Assembly: GCA_030390025.1 (NCBI GenBank)
Contig: CM059432.1
Span: 133,550,001 to 133,614,000 of the forward strand
Length of the DNA stretch: 64,000 nucleotides
Direction: 5' to 3'
Origin: Squalus acanthias
Taxonomy: Eukaryota
In this document: positions 24,184-35,363 of the stretch, piece after piece
How positions within the stretch are numbered: the first letter of the stretch is position 1
Layout of the letters: every line of letters begins with the position of its first letter
Notes under the pieces: model-generated
Databases searched by the model: none
What the model saw: only the letters and a program-made list of their open reading frames with translations
What the model was told of the DNA's origin: nothing
Translations under genes and position numbers: made by a program

Positions 24184-24593
24184 CAGTTAAATAGGCCATT
24201 GACACTCACTCTCCAAGCTCACACATGAAGAATCAGTGAGGTACTAAAAGAACTATACCCCAGAAAATGTATTACCATCAGGAAATGAGAGTAGGTGGAC
24301 CAAATCAGGAAAGGAAAAAAAACGTCCTATGGTGGAAAACTCTTGAATGTTTCTGTAAATGTACATGTGAATCATGATTCAAACTTCTCACTCAAAAGGC
24401 AAGGGGGGATATTCTTTCATCCGTTAACAAATGTTTCCCTGCTTCACACTCACACTGGCATTTGCACTAAGTTCAACAAATCTAGAGCTAAATTGCACAA
24501 TGTGGCACATGAACAGACGCATCGCCAGCTTCAGATTGTTTTGTCCATTGTGCAATTGCTTTTCTACCTTATCTGTCTCAACAAGTTATTCTT

Positions 24594-25115
24594 TTTTTTT
24601 TATTCGTTTATGGGATGTGGGCGTCGCTGGCAAGGCCAGCATTTATTGCCCATCACTAATTGCCCTTGAGAAGGTGGTGGTGAGCCACCTTCTTGAACCG
24701 CTGCAGTCCATGTGGTGAAGGTACTCCCACAGTGCTGTTAGGGAGGGAGTTCCAGGATTTTGACCCAGCGACGATGAAGGATCGGCGATATACATCTAAG
24801 TCAGGATGGTGTGTGACTTGGAGGGGAACTTGGAGGTGGTGGTGTTCCCATGCACCTGCTGCCCTTGTCCTTCTAGGTGGAAGAGATCGCGTGTTTGGGA
24901 GGTGCTGTCGAAGAAGCCTTGGCGAGTTGCTGCAGTGCATCTTGTAGATGGTACACACAGCAGCCACGGTACGCCGGTGGTGGAGGGAGCGAATGTTTAA
25001 GGTGGTGGATGGGGTGCCAATCAAGCGGGCTGTTTTGTCCTGGATGGTGTCGAGCTTCTTGAGTGTTGTTGGAGCTGCACTCATCCAGGCACGTGGAGAG
25101 TATTCCATCACACTC
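24594..25115 (-). mobile_element. CR1/L2-group LINE 3' end (distinct family)
   Basis: ORF 24656..25111 MEYSP.AW..LKKLDTIQ..SLHHRRTVA..WNSLP..LQRFKK; A-rich tail. Confidence 0.85.
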
Positions 25116-27174
25116 CTTACATAACAGAAGTGTACTTCATTACTTCATCACTTCATATGTCTAAAACTCAGTGCTCAACTGACCAATGGAAAATCTGAGT
25201 GCTGCCTTCCAATAAGCATATGTCAATTCTGATCGGAAAGCCAGTTTCTTTCTTTTGCTGTCTTCATTTTATATACTCTTTAAAATCGACACCAAGCAGC
25301 AATAAGATCATTTTCTAGTATTCCGCTGAGTGGACTGTCAGTGCCTTTTGGTTAGGCAAATCTTTATAGATCAAACAAGTACAGATTTTTTTCTGAAATT
25401 GTGTTAAATATGTAAAAAAAAAAGCCTCTTCTCATAACTGCAAAAATGTTGCATGTTGCTCACTTATAATAAAACCGAAATGTCAAGATCGCTTCAGAGA
25501 ATGGGTTGGAGCTGCAGTTTTATTCCCTGAAGTGTCACTCAGCATATCGTATCCTATTTTATATCCAGGATAAGCTCGCATGCATCTTCGGATTTCGTGG
25601 GCAATTTTCGTTTAAAGAATTAGAGCATAGCTGCCGAGCCTATCTGGGACACAAATCCATAAATAATTAGCATTAATCAATTGTGTGATTATCTGCCGCA
25701 TTATGGGAACCGTCATTCAAAAAGGGCGCACATACTAATCTGCGAACATGAACCATGCTGAATAAAAACGAGTGGTTGCTGTGGCTGCAATTTTCCTGTT
25801 TGTGGCATTTCACCAACTTTATACAGCATTCGATACCACTAGATCCCACCATAACAAACCTAGGAGGAAGATTTCCCCTATGTGTATGAAATCGGCAACC
25901 GCTTTATAAAGGATGGGTTTATAATTTAATTACTGATGTAGTGCTCAGGGGAAATCTCGCCTCCCCCACCCCAACACCCCCTCACACCACGAGGTTATGA
26001 ATCGCCCATTTAACTAATATTAGTAGCTCAATACAATACACCCCTAATGAGAACTACAGTATAAGATCACACGAGGTTATGATAACCAGGTCATCAAGTC
26101 TACATGCATTATTATATTTTAATTTCCTGAACCAGGATTTTCATTTCATTTCAGGAAATGAAAAGAAATGTTTAAGTGGACAAAAGTGTACTATTGGTGC
26201 AATTATGTTCCAGCGTTTTATTTAGATATTATTGAAGTAATTCTGTTTGGACTCGATAAATGTGTAATTTGAGACGGAACTAACTTTCAGTTAAGTGTCT
26301 GTATCTTTTAATAGTCGTGACACAATTATCTGCCAGCAATGTCGAGCGGATTGCTTCAGGTATCATGTTCCTCAAGCTGCGGATCGTATTTGTGGATGTT
26401 TGCCTCTTTAGACATCACAAGCTGGCCGAGAAGCAATTGATAGTGAGCCTTATATGGCCTTGTTTTGGCCTCCACTGTAGCTGTATTGCTTAAAAGGAGA
26501 CAGTTGGCCACATCACAGCATGCAACCTGTCACTGTTAATCAAGGAGATTATTAGTAACTTAATAGGAAAAAAAATGCCAAGTTACCTTTTTTTAATACT
26601 GCAACGTATTCCAATAAAGTTTATGATTTAATTGTAGCATATTATAGTATTAGCAATATTTCAGAATTCACTTGTTTCCTGTATATTCTTTTGACAAATT
26701 ATTATAATAACAATCATTTTAGACAGAATTTCAAGCATTTAAAATGTATTTACTGCATAATGCTGTTCTGTAAGCTCTTGTCAATCGTAGTACTTGCCAT
26801 TACAAAGACTACTCCTTGGGTCAATTTCAACAAATTGGTTTAATCCTTAACAGATTTTCTATTTTTATATATTTTTAAGCCAATTTAGGGCATGTTTTAA
26901 GTTTAAATTATTTAATCACTGTGCAGTTTAATGTGCAGTTCATTGCAATGTTACAATTGCTCTATACCATTCATCACAGATCATTCTGGCTCAGTTCAGT
27001 AGTTAATATCTTCCTGGTTTTCTCAAGTAACTTGTTCCCTCCAGGTCACATTTAATCTACATTCAGATCCACATAAGTGCATTATCTGACCCAAGTACAG
27101 AATTCCAATGTACCAAACCGCTTCTCATTAAAACCTACTATATAGAATTCCTAATCCAAGTGCAATACTAATGC

Positions 27175-27466
27175 AGGCCAGGCGGCATCCGTGGAGAGAG
27201 AAACAGAGTTAAGGTTTCAGGTCTCTTAATGTCTCTCAATGTCTCTTAATCTCTCCTTTTGTTCTTTTATCCCCTCCCCCTTTTCCCAGCTTTATACTTG
27301 CTTTAAATCTATTTCATTTCCTGCTTTTTTCCAGTTCTGACGAAAGGTCTTCGACCTGAAACGTTAACTCTGTTTCTCTCTCCACGGATGCTGCCTGGCC
27401 TGCTGAGTTTTTCCAGCGTTTTCTGTTGTTATTTCGGATTTCCAGCATCCGCAGTATTTTGCTATC
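27175..27466 (+). mobile_element. PLE family A remnant with inverted 5' segment
   Basis: 15-bp TSD GTGCAATACTAATGC (27160-27174, 27467-27481); 27175-27223 is the reverse complement of ~27353-27401. Confidence 0.88.
27333..27369 (+). ncRNA. Minimal type I hammerhead ribozyme motif (family A), intact
   Basis: AGUU-CUGACGA-A-AGGUC uuc GACCU-GAAACGUU-AACU. Confidence 0.8.
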
Positions 27467-27681
27467 GTGCAATACTAATGCCCTTGTTACAATTATCTGG
27501 CTGACCCAATGCCAACTCACTCTCACTGGCCAAACTGGACCGCCCACAGAATGGTGCTCCACTGCCAATGCATACAGGTGGTATGTACGTAAAGAAAGTC
27601 TGACTGCCCATTCTTGGAGGCCCATCTCACTTGACCACGCCAAGTCGCACCTGCTTACTGACACAACTTTAGTATGGGATC

Positions 27682-28980
27682 TCCTGGCTGGCCTCCCATC
27701 CTTGCACCCTCTGTAAATATGAGCTCATCCAAAACTCATTCCAATGTCCTACCTCACGCCAAGTCCCCTTCATCCATCACCCTGTGCTCGCTGACATACA
27801 TTGGCTACCGGTCCGGCAACGCCTCGATTTAAAAATGATCATCCTTGCTTTCGAATCCCTCCACGGCCTCGCCCCCCCCCCCTTTCTCTGTAACCTCCTC
27901 CAGTCCGACACCCCTTCAAGATCTCTGCGCTCCTCCAATTCTGGTCTCATGCGCATCCCTGATTTTCATTGCTCCGCCATTGGCGGCCGTACCTTCAGTT
28001 GCCTAGGCCATAAGCTCTGGAATTCCCTGCCTAAATCTCTCTACCTCTCTCTGCTTCTTCTAGAGGCTCCTTAAAACCGACCACTTTCACCTTTCCTAAT
28101 ATCACCTTATGTAGCTCGGTGTCAAATTTTGTTTGATAATGCTCCTGTGAAGCCCCTTGGGACGTTTTACTACGTTAAAGACACTGGGTTAGAAATTGCG
28201 TAGCGCCCGTTTGGATTGATAACTTTTGCAGGAGCGCAAAAGTATTGCCGGGCGCTACACAATTGAATCCGACGCGAACTTCCGGTTTAGCGCGCCAGGA
28301 GGGAAGTGGAGCGCTAAATCAAGCGCTACCACTTCCTTTGGAGCGCTAAACGGAGCAAGAGGGGCGGTAGCGGCAGAGCGCTGCACAATGTCCCGTGTAG
28401 CGCTGCCGGATTCACAGGCTCCTTCCCACCCTTAAAGGGAAGGGCCAGTGCTGAGGTCATTTCAAGGTAAGGCTGGAATGAACGGCGACGGCATCTGCGA
28501 TGCACGAAGAGCAGCCCCAAGCACTCAGAGAGAGAGAGAGTGCAGGGCTGATCAATCGCAGGTTGGAAAAAATTCAAAAAACAACACACTGGGGTGATAA
28601 CAACATTTTGGCCTACCTGGCCACAACTGCCTTTAATTACCGCTCCCCAAGCGGCCATCCACGGTGACAACACCTCCTGCAGCTGCCGTTGTTGATGCCT
28701 GGCGATGCTGCAGGGGGCGGAAGCGAATTTAAGATCTGGGGCGATAACGGGCGCTGCGCACCGGATGACGTCACGATCTACGGGGTGCAACAGAGCGAGG
28801 GGATAAGTGTTAGCGCCAGCGCAAAACCGCCAGGGAAATTCGCAGGCATCGCTGATTTCGCCGCATCCGGTTGGTAACCCCCAAGCGCCCCGTTACCGCC
28901 CCCCCCCGCAGGCGCTAACAGGAGGCACAAAGCAGCCGAATTTCTAGCCCACTATATAAATGCACGTTGTTGATGTTGTA
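27682..28980 (+). mobile_element. L2 3' fragment whose tail is split by a MITE
   Basis: IHWLPVRQRLD..GGRTFSCLGHKLWNSLP; tail AAAGACACT|ATATAAATGCACGTTGTTG. Confidence 0.9.
28186..28950. mobile_element. PIF/Harbinger-type MITE
   Basis: TIRs GGGTTAGAAATT / AATTTCTAGCCC; exact 3-bp TSD ACT. Confidence 0.9.
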
Positions 28981-29202
28981 GGCAGGACAAGGTGTCTGAT
29001 TCATGCCAGTATGTAGATATGTTGTATTCTGGATTCTGTGCCAGGTCACACAACACTACTCTGGCATCACAGGGTCTTAGTGGCGCCAGAGCAGCCAAAT
29101 CAGTGTGAGATTTCCGCTGTTCTCTACCACAGCTTTCACACCAAACTTACTTTGCTATGGGCTGATACTTGACACGAAATACAGGCAAACAGAGAAATCT
29201 TG

Positions 29203-29915
29203 GATAAAAACAGAAAATGCTGGAAATACTCAGCAGGTCAGGCAGCATCTGTAGAGAGAGAAACAGAGTTAACATTTCAGGTCAATGACCCTTCGTCAGA
29301 ACTGGAAAAAGTTGGAGATGGAACAGGTTTTTAAGCAAGTGTAGGGGCAGGGAAAGGGGGGAAGGGAGGAAAGAACAAAAGGGAAGGTCTGTGATAGGGT
29401 GTAAGGCAGGAGAGATTAAAAGACAAAAGGGATGATGGTGCAAGGCAAAAGGAGATGGTAATGAGACAAGTTAAGAAACAAAAGATGACTCTGGATGAAG
29501 TGTAAATGGCAATGGCAGAATCATCAACAGCTGCCATGTGAGAGAGAAAAAATAATTGGGGCCGAGGTTATGGTCTGAAATTGTTGAACTCAATGTTGAA
29601 TCCAGAAGGCTGTAAAGTGCCTAATCGAAAGATGAGGTGCTGTTCCTCGAGCTTATGTTGAGCTTCATTGGAACAGCGTAAGAGGCCGAGGACGGAGAGG
29701 TCAGAGTGGGAATGGAGCGGAGAATTAAAGTGACAGGCGACCGCGAGCTCGGGGTCACGCTTGCAGACTGAATGGAGGTGTTCCACAAAGCGGTCACCCA
29801 ATCTGCGTTTGGTCTCCCCAATGTAGAGGAGACTGCATTGTGAGCAGCGAATACAGTATACTAAATTGCAAAAAGTACAAGTAAATCGCTGTTTCACCTG
29901 GAAGGAGTGTGTCCA
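29203..29915 (-). mobile_element. Penelope-like element (family A): GIY-YIG endonuclease region plus 3' UTR
   Basis: FTCTFCNLVYCIRCSQCSLLYIGETKRRLGDRFVEH..VACHFN..KLEEQHLIFRLGTLQPSGFN (VY..YIG, R, E, N motifs). Confidence 0.93.
29267..29303 (-). ncRNA. Minimal hammerhead motif (family A); palindrome ACGU mutated to AUGU
   Basis: AGUU-CUGACGA-A-GGGUC auu GACCU-GAAAUGUU-AACU. Confidence 0.7.
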
Positions 29916-30242
29916 GACGTAAAATGCCCCCAATGACCTGTTCCTTACAGTCAATCCACTGCTAAATTTCACCAGGAGACAGCAGCACATGTGCTCTTCA
30001 GTAAGGTCACCTTATATAAAAAATCTCCTAATGACATTGCAAATAAGCATAATACAATCCTACTGCCACATTCTAGTCTAAAACCCTAGGAATGGAGCTG
30101 ATTTGCCAGTTTGGTTTAGCCTCAAGCTTATCATGAAACTAACTAACCACTTAACACTAACCCTCCCCTAAATGTACCGCTACAAGGGTTCTGGGGACAG
30201 ATGGATAAGATTGTAGGAGTGAAGAATGAAGAATCATGTAGT

Positions 30243-31672
30243 TCATAGAATCATAGAAATTTACAGCACGGAAGGAGGTAATTTTGGCCCATCATGTCCG
30301 CGCCAGCCTAATCCCACTTTCCAGCTCTTGGTCCGTAGCCCTGTAGGTTACGTCACTTCATGTGTACATCCAGGCATTTTTTAAATGTGACGCAGGTTTC
30401 TGCCTCTACCACCCTTTCAGGCAGTGAGTTCCAGACCCCCACCACTCTCTGGGTGAAGAAATTTCCCCTCAAATCTCCTCCAAACCTCCTACCAATTACT
30501 TTAAATCTATGCCCTCTGGTTGTTGACCCCTCTGCTAAGGGAAATAGGTCCTTCCTATCCACTTTATCTAGGCCCCTCATAATTTTATACACCTCAATAA
30601 GGTCGCCCCTCAGCCTCCTCTGTTCCAAAGAAAACAGACCCAGCCCATCCAATCTTTCCTCATAGCTAAAATTCCCCAGCCCAGGCAACATCCTCGTAAA
30701 TCTCCTCTGTACCCACTCTAGTGCGATCACATCTTTCCTGTAATGTGGTGACCAGAACTGTACACAGTACTCTAGCTGTGGCCTAACTAGTGTTTGATAC
30801 AGTTTAAGCATAACCTCCCTGCTCTATGCCTCGGCTAATAAAGGCAAGTATTCCGTATGCCTTCTTAACCATCTTATCTACCTGGCCTGCTACCTTCAGG
30901 GATCTGTGGACCTGCACTCCAAGGTCCCTTTGTTCCTCTACACTTCTCAGTGTCCTACCATTTAATGTGTATTCTCTTGCCTTGTTAGCCCTCCCCAAAT
31001 GCATTACCTCACACTTCTCCGGATTGAATTCCATTTGCCACTGTTCTGCCCACCTGACCAGTTCATTGATATCTTCCTGCAGTCTACACTTCCTTCTTCA
31101 TTATCAACCACACAGCCGATTTTAGTATCATTTGCAAACTTCTTTATCATACCCCGTACATTCAAGTCTAAATCATTGATATATACCACAAAAAGCAAGG
31201 GACCCAGTACTGAGCCCTGCGGAACCCCACTGGAAACAGCCTTCCAGTCACAAAAACACCCATCAACCATTACCCTTTGCTTCCTGCCTCTGAGCCAATT
31301 TTGGATCCAACCTGCCACTTTGCCCTGGATCCCATGGGCTTTTACTTTCGTGACCAGTCTCCCATGTGGGACCTTATCAAAAGCCTTGCTAAAATCCATA
31401 TACACTACATCAAACACACTACCCTCATCGACCCTCCTTGTAACCTCCTCAAAAAATTCAATTAAGTTAGTCAGACACGCCCTTCCCTTAACAAATCCAT
31501 GCTGACTGTCCTTGATTAATCCTTGTCTTTCTAAATGAAGATTTATCCTGTCCCTCAGAATTTTTTTTCAATAATTTTCTCACCACTGAGGTTAGGCTGA
31601 CTGGCCTGTAATTACTCGGTCTATCCCTTTCTCCCTTTTTAAACAAAGGTACAACGTTAGCAGTCCTCCAGT
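30243..31672 (-). mobile_element. CR1 LINE, frameshifted RT domain to 3' end
   Basis: WRTANVVPLFKKG..NYRPVSLTS; YMDFSKAFDKVPH; SGVPQGSVLGPLLF; KFANDTK; RPQLEYCVQFWSP; (TTCTATGA)n tail. Confidence 0.96.
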
Positions 31673-31918
31673 CTACCTTTTTCTTGATTCTACATTCTCC
31701 CCACACACCTTTAGTTTAGTTTAGCTATAAAGGAAGCCTATCAGTGAGTGGTTGAATAGTGTCAGGATTATAGCTTGCACAAAGACAATTCGACCGCCCT
31801 TTCTTCTTTAACCTGCTGACATATTCACCCTTTACAGGAAATACAGAAAGGTTTATCAGTTGGATTGTATAACGTACATCTCTTGTAAAAATGGAAACAT
31901 TGAAAGTGAGGCACTTAC

Positions 31919-32171
31919 AAACACTGGGGTAAAAATGTCCCTGTTCATAATGTGTACCAACATTGTAAATGTTTTGATGAATGTTGCTGTTCAGTACCTC
32001 TAGTGAAAACACAAACATGTTTTTTTCGAAAGTGTCCACGATTTCCTTAGAAATACCCAACAGGAAATCTTTGTGAACACATTTACGATGCTGCTGCCTA
32101 TTGTAGAATCTCTTAACCCTCCGAGTTAAAAATCCATCTGTTAATTGAACCATCTGTTTAAATCGGCACTC
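31919..32171 (-). CDS. Internal coding exon (253 nt, phase 0 to 1) of uncharacterised gene: ECRFKQMVQLTDGFLTRRVKRFYNRQQHRKCVHKDFLLGISKEIVDTFEKNMFVFSLEVLNSNIHQNIYNVGTHYEQGHFYPSV
   Basis: Acceptor ccttatttgtttacag|GAG; donor GTTT|gtaagt; open throughout; no TE motif; phase matches 37048-36842. Confidence 0.75.
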
Positions 32172-32999
32172 CTGTAAACAAATAAGGTCATAGGAAAGAA
32201 CTCTGATTCATTTTAGTATTCTTTCCTTCGGTCCATATTTCTAAAAATATATATATGAATTCTGATGACATCATCAAGGATCCAGTTTGGAGGAATTCAG
32301 TGAAGCTGACAGGATGAGGAAGTCAAATTAACATGGGCATTTGAAACGACAAGCTCACTCAAGCTTAGCCTAGATAAATGACTTTCTACCGATGTTAATT
32401 CACTTCCTTGACATGGTCAGATGTTACAGCTCCTCCCAGCCAATTCCCCTGTGGGCCAATCTGCAGTGACTATCAGTACTTAAAAATAAAAATTAGTTCA
32501 ACACATATAGACAGAATTCTCCTTCCTCTTCCAAGATATTGGGGGCGATTTTAAAATTCAGCCGTCCGTTTCTCGCCTGAAAAACAAGCAGCTGACGATT
32601 GAAAATTGGGGGTGGGGGGCACCCAAGGCCCGCCTGATGCCATTGTCAAATGCCTGTAAATGGACGAGGAGCACGCCCGCTAGTTTCAGGCGGGAGGCTG
32701 CTTAAATATGCCAATCGGGGTCCAACACCAGTTGTAGGACCCTGTTGCTGATTTCCGGGTACAAATGGGCAGAGTGGGCACGCTCCACCCATTTGAACCA
32801 AGCACTGAGCGGCCTAACCACTGGTCCTTAAAGGGGCTGACGGTGGCTGCTCGAGAAAAGGTCCAAAAGTACTGCGGGCTTCTGCTAGCCCATGTTTGAT
32901 CCCATCCAAGAGCGACAATTTCCGGGCCTGATGTGGAAGCCGGCCGATTTCCCTCCCTCCCACAACCAGCGCTGTTTAAATGAGGCAAAGGCAGAAACC

Positions 33000-33605
33000 T
33001 GACTGGAGAGATTCAAATATGGCAGGAAAGATGGACACGGATTTGGGAGGACCTTGAAGAGGAAAGGGAGATTGGAGATGGGGTGGTAGCTTGCAAGGAC
33101 AGAGGATTCGAAGGTCTATTTTTTGAGGAGCAGGGTGATGACGGCAATTTTCAAATGGAGGGGGACAGTACCTGAGGAGAGGGTACCATTTAGAACATCA
33201 GCTAGCATGGAGGACAGGAAGGGGAGTTGGGTGGTCAGCGGTTTAGTGAAAATGGGGTTAAGGGAGAAGGAAGTGAATCTTATAGGCAAGGTGAGCTCGG
33301 TGATGGCAAGAGTGGAGGTAGGAGAGAAAGTTGCAGGTTCAGGGCTAGAGAAGGTGGGAGCCTGGGGGAGATTTGGCTTGTGGGTATAGGGAATGGGGAC
33401 AAGAAGTAGAGGCAGCTGAATGACAAACTTAGTGACAAAGAAGTCCATGAGCTCCTCGCATTTGTTGGATGTGAGGGTGGAGAGAGCTGGGGAGTTGGTT
33501 GGTTGTTGAAAAAAGAAACTGGGGTTATTTTTAGACTGCAGTGTTACCTTGGAGTAGTCGGTGGTTTTGGCAAAGGAGAGTGAGGCCCAATAGTGCTTGA
33601 TGGGG
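33000..33605 (-). mobile_element. Decayed L2 ORF2 internal fragment
   Basis: MDFFVTK..PIFTKPLTTQLPFL..LSSGTVPLHLKIAVITLLLKK, followed by NYHPISNLPF-like sequence. Confidence 0.8.
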
Positions 33606-34728
33606 CCATAACAGGGGGAATGACTAGGATGGGATGAATTAAAGGTCTTGTTGGGGATAGGGGCACCTATCTCGGGATTAAACTGAGGCCCCGTCTGCTT
33701 TTTCAGGTGGACATAAAAGATCCCATGGCACTATTACAAAGAAGAGCAGGGGAATCATTTCTGGTGTCCTGGCCAATATTTATCCCTCAATCAACATTAC
33801 TAAAACTGGTACAGGACGCAATTTTGAAATTTGCAGATGACACAAAACTTAGAAGTGTAGTAAACAGTGAGGAAGATAGTAATAGACTTCAAGAGGACAT
33901 AGACAGGCTGGTGGAATAGGCAGGCACATGGCAGATGAAATTCAACACAGAAAAGAGTGAGGTGATACATTTTGGCAGGAAGAATGAGAAGAGAAAATAC
34001 AAGCTAAATGGTACAATTTTAAAGGGGATCCAAGAACAGAGAGACCTGGGGGTGTTTGTGCACAAATCTCTGAAGGTGGCAGGACAGGTTAACAACACAG
34101 TTAATAAAGCATATGGGATCCTGGGTTTTATAAATAGAGGCATAGGGCTGGATTTTGAATGACCCATGGAGTCGGGTTTGGAGGTGTGTGGGGGGTTAAA
34201 TTTGCGGGGTTTCCGACCCCATCGCACCTCCACGCAATTTTGACAAAATCAGTCGCGGGGTTCCCGACTCTCTCCCGCCTCTTGGAGGCGGGAGAGGCCA
34301 TTAAAGCCCTTAACAAGCCCTAAATTGGGTCTGTAATGCTATTTTGAAACGTTGTAGCTAGTTTAACCCTTTTCTGACGTGAAGTACGCCTGGTGTGAAA
34401 CACTCCAGTGAAACCTGGCGGGACCACAAGTGGATAGCTGACTATCAGCTGCAGGTCCACTATTACAACGGAGATGTGATGAGGGTAGTAGTAGTATTAG
34501 ATATGAAAGTTGCCTCTGATACTGCTACATTCAATGTCATGGCATTTGGTGTAAGAGGACTTGGGCAATCAATCAATCAATCAATCTCATCTCTCGCTCT
34601 CTCTCTCACTCACTCACATCAGAAGCAATGCAGACAGGTCCTCTCTCACCAGTAGCCAGACAATCTCTGAGAGCAGGCAGTCAGCAATGATGACATCATC
34701 AGAGGCGGGTTTCAGCCTGAAACCACTA

Positions 34729-35363
34729 CAGGAAACTTTTGTTTATCCGGCACCCAAATATCCGGAATTCTCGCTTAACCGGCAAAAATCATCCTCTGAA
34801 AACTCCTCTCAAATAACCGGCAATGTTGCCGAGTCGCAGTCGAGTCTCCGCGAACGCCGAGTACTCCGAAAACTCCTCTCAAATAACCGGCAATGTTGCT
34901 GATCCCGAGTCCGAGTCCGAGTCCGCGAACGCCGATTTAGTCAGTAGGGGTAGTTTTCAAAAGTGCCACTACTCGGCCTCCTGGCGCTGTCGGAAGTATA
35001 CTGCACATTTCTTGATTTATTTATTTTTCTTTGTTAAAAATAGCCTCATGATGCGGAGATGCCGGTGTTGGACTGGGGTGGACAAAATTGAGAAGTCGCA
35101 CAACACCAGGTTATAGTCCAACAGTTTTATTTGAAATCACAAGTTTTCGGAGCTATCGATCGCCCCTTCCTCAGGTGAAGTGAGGAAGGGGCGATCGATA
35201 GCTCCGAAAGCTTGTGATTTCAAATAAAACTGTTGGACTATAACCTGGTGTTGTGCGACTTCTCAAAAATAGCCTCGGTAGATATAACTCTCCGTTATCC
35301 GGTACTTTCGATAAACCGGCACCACGCCGGTCCCGTCGGTGCCGGTTAATAAAGAGTTTCCTG
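34729..35363. mobile_element. Tc1/mariner (pogo/Tigger-like) MITE
   Basis: TA TSD; 26-bp imperfect TIR CAGGAAACTTTTGTTTATCCGGCACC vs CAGGAAACTCTTTATTAACCGGCACC; internal ~31-bp direct repeat (~34799, ~34869). Confidence 0.85.
35048..35264. mobile_element. PLE family B remnant forming an 86-bp hairpin; minus-strand hammerhead motif at 35137-35178
   Basis: 12-bp TSD AAAAATAGCCTC (35036-35047, 35265-35276); arms 35088-35173 / 35181-35266 with one mismatch. Confidence 0.92.

Larger units (their letters stand above)
23015..24245 (+). mobile_element. Old tRNA-like SINE split by a CR1 3' end (23185-23540, minus) and a PLE
   Basis: Head GGAAGGTTGCAGGGTCAGTTCCTGGTCTCTGCTGAG (similar head at ~47030); appears to continue at 23541-23611 and 24195-24245. 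Confidence 0.55.

Noticed and set aside
25736..25859. Minus-strand AG/GT-bounded segment with one open frame
   Set aside because: Phase 2 to 0 does not fit neighbouring exons; left as part of the unique island
29949..30010. Possible phase 1 to 0 exon (CDLTEEHMCCCLLVKFSSGLT)
   Set aside because: Weak AAG acceptor and no downstream phase-0 partner found; cannot be excluded without RNA data
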